From an uncultured Gammaproteobacteria bacterium (lineage in GTDB: Bacteria; Patescibacteriota; Patescibacteriia; Magasanikbacterales; JBBTQS01), in contig CAZVIA010000003.1 in NCBI GenBank assembly GCA_964627525.1, forward strand, positions 21,367 to 85,366: a stretch of 64,000 bases of DNA, written 5' to 3'. How positions within the stretch are numbered: the stretch's first letter is position 1; every line of letters begins with the position of its first letter. Shown piece by piece: positions 57,034 through 64,000 of this stretch. The notes under the pieces were generated by a model that had not been told where the DNA came from, ran no database searches, and worked only from the letters and a program-made list of their open reading frames with translations. Made by a program: the position numbers and the translations under genes.

Positions 57034-57756
57034 ATGGAATATTTCCTTGCCCCATTTCAAGCATTGGAGTATTTAAAAGAGCATAAAAAACTGTGGCGAT
57101 TTGTTGCATGGCCACTTGGAATTACAACAGTGGTTATGTTGTTGTCTTTGCGTTTTATTTATACTTGGGGCAAAGATACTATTTTTGGGTTTTTGGGGAT
57201 TGAAAGTGTTTGGGCTGCAGTGATTTTATTTATAGGAACAGTTGGTTTGTTGTTTATATCTTTTTATGTTTTTGTTTTTTTCTTAAACATGGTTTCTGGG
57301 CCTTTTAATGAAATTTTGTCTGAAAAAATTGAGGACTATGAAGATGGTGAGTTAGATTCTGGTTCTGGGTTTGGGAAAAAATTTAATTTAAAAAATCTTG
57401 GGCGCGAATATCTTCATACAATTACAACTGAAGTTACCCGCTTGGTTATTTTTGCAGTTGTGTCCTTTGTTGTGTTTATGGTTTCTCTAGCTTCAGCAGG
57501 TGTATTTTTTGCTTTGCTAAATGGGGGAGTGGCTTTGTTTTTTATGGTTTTTGAATTTGTTGATTATACTTTGGGACGCAAAAATTATAGTTTTGGGACA
57601 AAGGTAAAATTTATTTTTAAAAATGCCGGGCCGTTTGCTTTGTATGGGTTGGGGTTGTGGGTGTTTTTAATGATTCCTATTTTAAATTTTTTGTTTATTC
57701 CGGTTGCAGTTGTTTCAGCAACTCGCTTGAGTTTGAAGTTTTTGCCGAAAAAATAA
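57034..57756 (+). CDS. EI24/CysZ-like membrane protein
   Basis: PF...LSEK.E, E..DY...R, IP..N....P....AT. Confidence 0.75.
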   Translation: MEYFLAPFQALEYLKEHKKLWRFVAWPLGITTVVMLLSLRFIYTWGKDTIFGFLGIESVWAAVILFIGTVGLLFISFYVFVFFLNMVSGPFNEILSEKIEDYEDGELDSGSGFGKKFNLKNLGREYLHTITTEVTRLVIFAVVSFVVFMVSLASAGVFFALLNGGVALFFMVFEFVDYTLGRKNYSFGTKVKFIFKNAGPFALYGLGLWVFLMIPILNFLFIPVAVVSATRLSLKFLPKK

Positions 57757-57795
57757 AGACTTGTCAAGTTAACAAAAAAAACGTAGTGTTAACAC

Positions 57796-59571
57796 ATGAC
57801 AGACACATCACAAATTAAAGAAAGAATAGATGTTGTAGATTTTTTGTCTGAATATCTTCAGCTAAAACAGGCAGGTGCAAATTGGAAAGGCAACTGTCCT
57901 TTTCATAATGAAAAAACCCCATCATTTATGGTGAGTCGCGAAAAGCAGATGTGGCATTGTTTTGGTTGTGGTAAGGGTGGTGATATTTTTGAGTTTTTAA
58001 TGGAAATGGAAGGAATGGAATTTGTTGAAGCTCTTAAGGTTTTGGCAGAGCGCGCTGGTATTGAGATTAGTTTTTCTGGTGGTGGTTCAGGAGTTTCAGC
58101 AGATAAAAAAACTCGGTTGCGTGAAATTAATTCTTTGGCTACGAAGTTTTTTCAAAAAGTTTTAAAAGAATCTTCAGCTTCAGTTGAGGCGCGGACATAT
58201 TTGGAAAATCGCGGAGTGTCACAAGAAATGATTGAACAATTTCAAGTTGGTTTTATTCCAGAATTAAGTTGGACAGTTTTGACGGATTTTTTGGTGAAGA
58301 AAAAAGGTTTTGGGATTGAAGAGTGTTATGAAGCTGGCACAACAAAACGTTCACAGCAGGGGAGGTATTTTGATTCATTTCGTGGGCGTGTGATGTTTCC
58401 GATTTTTGATGTGCATAATTCTGTTGTTGGTTTTACTGGTCGTTTGTTAAAAGAAAAAGAAGGTGTTGGAAAATATATTAACACTCCGGAAACTCCTTTG
58501 TTTGATAAAAGTCGTTTAGTGTATGGTTTGAATTTTGCAAAACAAGAAGCAAAGCAAAAAGGTTATTTGGTTGTGGCTGAAGGTCAGTTGGATGTAATTT
58601 CTGCACATCAAATTGGTATGACAAATGTTGTGGCTGCATCTGGAACTGCTTTAACTCAACATCATATTCAAATTTTAAAAAGATATGTCCCGCAAATTCG
58701 TGTGGCATTTGATTCTGATTCAGCAGGGGAGCGTGCGGCAAAAAGAGGAATTGATTTGGCTTTAGAAGCTGGGTTGGATGTAAAAGTAATTACAATTCCT
58801 CCAGATGCTGGTGATGATCCAGATGATTGTATTCAAAAAAATCCACAAGTGTGGCGCGATGCAGTTGAAAATGCTGAACCTGTTTTTGATTATTATATAA
58901 ATAGGTATGTTACTTCAGAAGTTCGTGGCAATTCACAAAAATTAAAACAAGTAAGTGATTTGTTAGCAGATGAATTGTCTCGTGTTGGTGATCCAGTTGT
59001 TGCAGATTTTTGGGCGCAAAAAATTAGTGGAGCTTTGGGTACAAGTGTTGAAAGTGTAAAAAATAAAGCTGTGCAAATGTCTGCACAAAAAAATAAATAT
59101 TCTCGTCAAGATAGTGGTGCGCCAAATGGTGCGCCGTCAGAAGTTTTTCAGGAGAAAAAAGTTTTATCAAGAGCTGAAAAATTATCACAATATATAATGT
59201 GTATTTTTGTGAAAATGCCTGAATTAACAAAAGAATGTGCTGTGGATCCATTGCAATTGGCGAGTGAACAAGATCGTTTGCTTTACAGTTTTTTAACAAA
59301 TGATTATAATGAACAACATGGAGATAGTTCTATCTCGTCTTATAAAGAGGTAATTGAACTTCTCGCTTCAGAGAAGTTATTTGGTTTTTCTGAAAAGGAA
59401 ATCAAGCAAGAGTTACAAACCGCGATCGCCGAACTTGCCAAGTTATGGCAAAAGCAACAGCAACAAGTTTTGCTGTTTGAAATTAAACAGGCGGAGGAAC
59501 GTGGAGACAATACTCTTGCAGCAGAATTAACTCAAAAATATCACGAGCTGACCAAAGGTAATTATGCCTAA
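57796..59571 (+). CDS. dnaG: DNA primase
   Basis: CPFH.EKTPSF, CFGC, KY.NTPET, EG..D, FDSD.AG. Confidence 0.96.
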   Translation: MTDTSQIKERIDVVDFLSEYLQLKQAGANWKGNCPFHNEKTPSFMVSREKQMWHCFGCGKGGDIFEFLMEMEGMEFVEALKVLAERAGIEISFSGGGSGVSADKKTRLREINSLATKFFQKVLKESSASVEARTYLENRGVSQEMIEQFQVGFIPELSWTVLTDFLVKKKGFGIEECYEAGTTKRSQQGRYFDSFRGRVMFPIFDVHNSVVGFTGRLLKEKEGVGKYINTPETPLFDKSRLVYGLNFAKQEAKQKGYLVVAEGQLDVISAHQIGMTNVVAASGTALTQHHIQILKRYVPQIRVAFDSDSAGERAAKRGIDLALEAGLDVKVITIPPDAGDDPDDCIQKNPQVWRDAVENAEPVFDYYINRYVTSEVRGNSQKLKQVSDLLADELSRVGDPVVADFWAQKISGALGTSVESVKNKAVQMSAQKNKYSRQDSGAPNGAPSEVFQEKKVLSRAEKLSQYIMCIFVKMPELTKECAVDPLQLASEQDRLLYSFLTNDYNEQHGDSSISSYKEVIELLASEKLFGFSEKEIKQELQTAIAELAKLWQKQQQQVLLFEIKQAEERGDNTLAAELTQKYHELTKGNYA

Positions 59572-60949
59572 GAAAAAACCTACTACAAAAGTGCGCAAAA
59601 AAGTTGCGCCAAAAAAATCTGTTGCACAAGTTAAAGTTAAGTCAAAACCTAAAACTAAATTAAAGTCCGCAAAATCTGTTTCTAAAAAAACTACTTCTAA
59701 AAAAGTAGTTGTTAAGCGCGGAAAGGTTTTGAAAAAAAGTGCAAAAGTTGATAAAAAAGTTTTGAAAAAGTCCGGGAAAAAATCTGGGAAAAAAGTTTTG
59801 AAAAAATCCACAAAACATGCGCCAAAAAAACGTGGGCGTAGACCTTTTATTCCACCTCCAATAGTTTATGAAGTGGAAATGATTTTGCGTAAAGCTAAGA
59901 CGCGTGGATTTTTAACTGAAACAGAAGTTTTGCATATTTTTCCTGAAGTGGAAGAGCATGTACATTATTATGAAGGGTTTTTAAATGAATTGGAAAAGCG
60001 TGGTTTGTCTATTGTTGAAATGAAAGAGGGGTTGTTGGGTCAGATAGATCATAAACAAGATGTGCGTGATGAGTTTCATATTGAGAAAATTACAGACATG
60101 GCGAAGGCATTTAATTTTACGGATATTTCTGCGGATTCAATTCAAATGTATTTGCGTGAGATTGGAAAGATTCCTTTGTTAAATGCTGAACAAGAAGTTG
60201 CTTTGGCAAAGCGTAAAGAGAAAATGGATCGTTTGGCAGAAATGGCTTTGATTGTGGCAAACTTGCGTTTGGTTGTTTCAATTGCCAAAAAATTTGTGGG
60301 AAAAAATTTGACTTTACTTGATTTAATTCAAGAAGGAAATATTGGTTTGTTCCGTGCAGTGAAAAAATTTGAATATCGTAAAGGGTATAAGTTTTCAACA
60401 TATGCAACTTGGTGGATTCGGCAGGCGATTACACGTGCTTTGGCAGATCAGTCGCGAACAATTAGAATTCCAGTGCATATGGTTGAGACTATTAATAAGT
60501 TTATGCAGATTCAGCGAAGGTTGTTGCAGGATTTGGGACGTGATCCAACTCCAGAGGAAATTGCGGCTGAAATGGGACAGGATGTGAAAAAAGTTCGGCA
60601 CATTATTAAGATTTCGCAGGATACTGTTTCGCTTGAGGTTTCTGTTGGGGAAGATGACGATGATTCAAGTTTACAAGACTTTATTGAGGATGTAAAAAAT
60701 GTTACGCCAGATCGTGCGGCAGCGTTGGAGTTGTTGGGAGATTATGTGCGTGATGCAATTGTGGATTTGGCTCCGCGTGAGCAAAAGATTTTGGAGATGC
60801 GTTTTGGTTTGAAAGATGGAATTGCGCATACTTTGGAAGAAGTTGGTCGTGAGTTTGATGTGACTCGTGAACGTATTAGGCAGATTGAGGCAAAAGCTTT
60901 GGAGAAAATTCAAGCAATGCCGATTATTGAGAAGTTGCGGGATTACTAA
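59564..60949 (+). CDS. rpoD: RNA polymerase primary sigma factor
   Basis: [42 protein letters not shown]. Confidence 0.95.
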   Translation: MPKKKPTTKVRKKVAPKKSVAQVKVKSKPKTKLKSAKSVSKKTTSKKVVVKRGKVLKKSAKVDKKVLKKSGKKSGKKVLKKSTKHAPKKRGRRPFIPPPIVYEVEMILRKAKTRGFLTETEVLHIFPEVEEHVHYYEGFLNELEKRGLSIVEMKEGLLGQIDHKQDVRDEFHIEKITDMAKAFNFTDISADSIQMYLREIGKIPLLNAEQEVALAKRKEKMDRLAEMALIVANLRLVVSIAKKFVGKNLTLLDLIQEGNIGLFRAVKKFEYRKGYKFSTYATWWIRQAITRALADQSRTIRIPVHMVETINKFMQIQRRLLQDLGRDPTPEEIAAEMGQDVKKVRHIIKISQDTVSLEVSVGEDDDDSSLQDFIEDVKNVTPDRAAALELLGDYVRDAIVDLAPREQKILEMRFGLKDGIAHTLEEVGREFDVTRERIRQIEAKALEKIQAMPIIEKLRDY

Positions 60950-61058
60950 TTTGTTTGTTTTTTTTGTTTCGGATTTTTTAGGTGTTTTTTAGGATTTTGT
61001 TTGACAAATTTCAAAAAGAGCGTACAATATGAGTGCGTTCTTTTTAATAATAAAAAAT

Positions 61059-61133
61059 TCCGGGGTAGCTCAGCGGTAGAGCAGTTGGCTGTTAACCAAT
61101 TGGCCGCCGGTTCGAATCCGGCCCCCGGAGCCA
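61059..61133 (+). tRNA. tRNA-Asn(GTT)
   Basis: TCCGGGG/CCCCGGA acceptor stem, anticodon GTT, encoded CCA. Confidence 0.95.
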
Positions 61134-61201
61134 ATATAAAAAATCACCAAAAGTGTTTTTTTATTGATATATGGTATAGTAAGACAATTTAAAAAGTTTA
61201 T

Positions 61202-61639
61202 TTGTTAAATATGACTAGGCGAAATAAATTTTATATACTTTTGATTATAATTGTTTTTGTGGTTGGGATTATTTTAGCTACACCGTTTTTATTGTTTGGT
61301 TATGTGCGTTTTATGAATAAACTTGTTGTTCATCCTGTTCCTGTTGAGTTGCTTAATCCTGCAGAGCGTGGATTTTTCTCCTCATTGGATGTTATAGAAG
61401 GATTTGATTACCGTCAGTTTGCAACATGCAGGTTTGCATATTGTGAGTATAATACCAGTGCTTCACCTCGTAACGCAGAAGCTGTAGTGATTTATAGAGA
61501 TAATAATAAATTGCATGATCGTAGTTTTGGGAGAGTTCTTGAGGTTTTGGATGGTGGATACAGAATTTCTTATGTGAATGAGCGGGGTGAAATAGAAGAA
61601 CGTGTGATTAAGCGTGAATGGGTTTTGGGTAAGGACTAG
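61202..61639 (+). CDS. Hypothetical protein with N-terminal TM
   Basis: 145-aa ORF. Confidence 0.6.
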   Translation: MLNMTRRNKFYILLIIIVFVVGIILATPFLLFGYVRFMNKLVVHPVPVELLNPAERGFFSSLDVIEGFDYRQFATCRFAYCEYNTSASPRNAEAVVIYRDNNKLHDRSFGRVLEVLDGGYRISYVNERGEIEERVIKREWVLGKD

Positions 61640-61647
61640 CAAAATCT

Positions 61648-62451
61648 ATGAAAAAATCTAAAAAATTCAAAAGATCAAAAATTGGTCTGGCTCTGGGAAG
61701 TGGTGGTTCAAAAGGTTTGGCGCATATTGGTGTGATAAAAGTTTTGGAAAAAAATAATATTCCAATTGATTATATTGCCGGCTCAAGTATTGGGGCTATG
61801 GTTGGTGGTTATTATGCAGCTACAAAAAATCTTAAGGAAATGGAAAAAATTGCCATGGGTACTGATTGGAAATTGTTGTTGTCTTTGATTGATCCTTCTG
61901 TGCGTCAAGGTTTGGTTGGTGGTAAAAAAATGGAAAAATTTATGCTGAGCCACATCGGCAAAATAAATTTTAAGGATTTACAAATACCTTTTTCAGTGGC
62001 AGCAACTGATTTAAAAAGTGGTGATGCTGTTGTTTTAAATAAAGGCGATGTTGTTTCTGCGGTTAGGGCAAGTATTTCATATCCTTTGTTTTTAAAACCT
62101 GTGGAATGGAAAAATAAATTATTAACAGACGGTGGTCTGTCTTTACCAGTGCCAGTTGATGTTGTGAGAGAGATGGGGGCAGACATAATAATTGCGGTGA
62201 ATTTAGATGCAAATTATTTTAATGATACTGGTACAAAAAACTCAAAATTTGGTTTTTATAAAATCGCAAACAACTCAATCAATGTTTTGCGTCATCATCT
62301 TGCTTCTTGGAATATTTTAAGTGCTGATGTTGTAGTTGAGCCACAAACAGGTGATATTCATTTAAAAAAACTTGTTGATGGTGAAGATGTAATTTTGGCA
62401 GGTGAAAAAGCAATGAAAGTTCAGATGGTCCGATTAAAAAAATTATTATAA
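61648..62451 (+). CDS. Patatin-like phospholipase (RssA/NTE family)
   Basis: ALGSGG..G.AHIG, GSSIG, DGG. Confidence 0.92.
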   Translation: MKKSKKFKRSKIGLALGSGGSKGLAHIGVIKVLEKNNIPIDYIAGSSIGAMVGGYYAATKNLKEMEKIAMGTDWKLLLSLIDPSVRQGLVGGKKMEKFMLSHIGKINFKDLQIPFSVAATDLKSGDAVVLNKGDVVSAVRASISYPLFLKPVEWKNKLLTDGGLSLPVPVDVVREMGADIIIAVNLDANYFNDTGTKNSKFGFYKIANNSINVLRHHLASWNILSADVVVEPQTGDIHLKKLVDGEDVILAGEKAMKVQMVRLKKLL

Positions 62452-62549
62452 AGTTTTAAAGTAAAAATTTCTGCGCGCAAAGCCCCAGACTTGACAATTT
62501 TGTTTAAATTTGATTAGCTTGTCATAACCTTTGGGCTAAGGGGGGTAGA

Positions 62550-63113
62550 ATGGACATTCTAAGATGGTGGGGCGGTTTGTTCTACTTGTTTAACAAGGTT
62601 TTCTTGTGGAGAATGATCCGTGTACTGGATTCGAACAAGAAAAAGTGGCAGATATCTGCTTGGTTAATTTACCTTTTGGGTTTGCCTCCCTGGTTGGTGC
62701 TTTTTGCGTTCAAAAGTGAGTGGATAGTTTTCTGTGTTGAGCTAGGTGGTGCACCATCAATGGCACTTGGTTTGATCATTGGAATTCGTGGAAAAGGCAA
62801 AGAACCAAAATGGATGAATCTAATTGCATACATTGGTGTTGTAATTGGGATTGTCTTGAGTGTTTATCATGTTGGATTTTTTACTAAATTCACCCAAGGA
62901 CTTGAGCTAATGGTTTCTATTGGATTTCTTGTGGGTACAATATTGCTCGCAAAAAAGAATTTTAATGGATTCATTTGCTACATGTTCATGAATGCTGCAA
63001 TGGGCACATTGTTGGTTGTAGACGGAGAATGGTTGCTTGCAGTTCAGCAAGCAATATCAATTTGTTTTGTTTTCGACAGCTACAGGGTTTACAAAAAAAT
63101 CCAATCGGGCTAA
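62550..63113 (+). CDS. Hypothetical multi-TM protein
   Basis: 6-7 TMs; TTGACA promoter and G-rich SD. Confidence 0.65.
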   Translation: MDILRWWGGLFYLFNKVFLWRMIRVLDSNKKKWQISAWLIYLLGLPPWLVLFAFKSEWIVFCVELGGAPSMALGLIIGIRGKGKEPKWMNLIAYIGVVIGIVLSVYHVGFFTKFTQGLELMVSIGFLVGTILLAKKNFNGFICYMFMNAAMGTLLVVDGEWLLAVQQAISICFVFDSYRVYKKIQSG

Positions 63114-63123
63114 GGGAGGGGAA

Positions 63124-63402
63124 ATGAACTCAGAGCAGCAAGACAATTACACTCGATTCTTGGGTGCTGTTAGAGAAAAATGGAGGGAGGACAAGTTCCT
63201 TGATCGTATGGCAAGGTTGTTAAAACAACCTAGGGACAAGATAAATCTTCAAACAAGGGTTTCTCTTGAGCTGGTTGAGGCGGTAATCAATGATTTGACT
63301 TGGCATGGTTGCTCAATTGATCGAGGGTTATTGCCAAAGGGTCGATCTCCTACACTTGGGGAAATTCGAGATATCTTTAGCTATCATTCTGGAGGCGATT
63401 GA
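63124..63402 (+). CDS. Hypothetical protein
   Basis: GGAGG SD directly after the upstream stop. Confidence 0.55.
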   Translation: MNSEQQDNYTRFLGAVREKWREDKFLDRMARLLKQPRDKINLQTRVSLELVEAVINDLTWHGCSIDRGLLPKGRSPTLGEIRDIFSYHSGGD

Positions 63403-63515
63403 TATTTTGTGTGGATTGACACAACATATTTCAGTGTGTGGACAAAATTGTCCATGCGCTGTTTTTTTATGTTATAATTTTTTTAGAATAAAATATTTGG
63501 CCACAATTAAAAAGT

Positions 63516-63905
63516 ATGCAAAAAATTAAGGAGGCTCCAAAACCAATGCGTTTGTTTTATTTTTGGATTGGTCTTATAGCAACATTTGCATACCGCGTTA
63601 TTATTGTTTTAAATTTTTTTGAACCAATTTGGGTTAAGGTTGCGTGGTATGTTGGTACAATAGGTTTTATTTTTTATTTTTGGAGCCGATATTCTGTTGT
63701 AAAACAATTTGATTTTTTGATTGAAAAATATAAGTTGGTGAGTGCAGTTAAAAAAGCATCTGGTATTTCAAAAGATCAAAAAACAGCACTCTCACACATT
63801 GTTAAAACTCTTGATAAAACCAAAGCTCAAATAAATTATGTGGCGATTTTTATTTTGTCAGCAATAGCTTTGATTGCAGGAATAATTTTGGATTTTTTAG
63901 TTTAA
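63516..63905 (+). CDS. Hypothetical 3-TM membrane protein
   Basis: 129-aa ORF; terminator-like hairpin downstream. Confidence 0.65.
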   Translation: MQKIKEAPKPMRLFYFWIGLIATFAYRVIIVLNFFEPIWVKVAWYVGTIGFIFYFWSRYSVVKQFDFLIEKYKLVSAVKKASGISKDQKTALSHIVKTLDKTKAQINYVAIFILSAIALIAGIILDFLV

Positions 63906-64000
63906 ATTTTAGGTAGTCGTAAAAATTTTTACAAACCAAAAACCGAGCAAATGCACGGTCCTTGTTTGGTTTTTGTTGTGGTGGGGGAACTTACTTTTTT

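Noticed and set aside
63124-63402. Acyl carrier protein
   Set aside because: Size and TLGEI ending are reminiscent, but the DSL phosphopantetheine motif is absent

Overview
AT-rich bacterial chromosome segment in standard genetic code. Gene content and style (type IV pilus genes, VirB4/VirD4-like ATPase, TrmB-like regulators, Lys-rich RpoD N-terminus, many orphans) suggest a Patescibacteria/CPR (Parcubacteria-like) genome; this is an inference. Core genes include a multimeric [FeFe]-hydrogenase, typA, greA, a DEAD-box helicase, archaeal-type valS, dnaX, corA, cysS, pilM/pilin/pilD, ligA, gatCA, lgt, dsbA/VKOR, dnaG, rpoD and tRNA-Gln, -Ser and -Asn. The main result is a ~16.7 kb island (17152-33818) at the 3' end of tRNA-Gln(CTG). 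Next to the tRNA is an ~8.2 kb element encoding a large serine recombinase, a P-loop ATPase module and an MTase + DUF262-HNH defence pair. Beyond it, six direct copies of a 36-bp site (TGTTCACTATTGTGAAGGATGTTAGAACTGGGTTTT) divide the DNA into recombinase-free gene cassettes, one of which is exactly duplicated from site to site. The 36-bp site looks like an attP half-site of a tRNA-targeting serine recombinase, so the island may be an integron-like cassette array driven by a serine recombinase. Other observations: two long-hairpin/pseudoknot leaders of the same architecture in the element, a SAM-I riboswitch carried on a cassette, and three candidate non-coding RNAs bounded by promoter and terminator, one with a circularly permuted tRNA-like domain.
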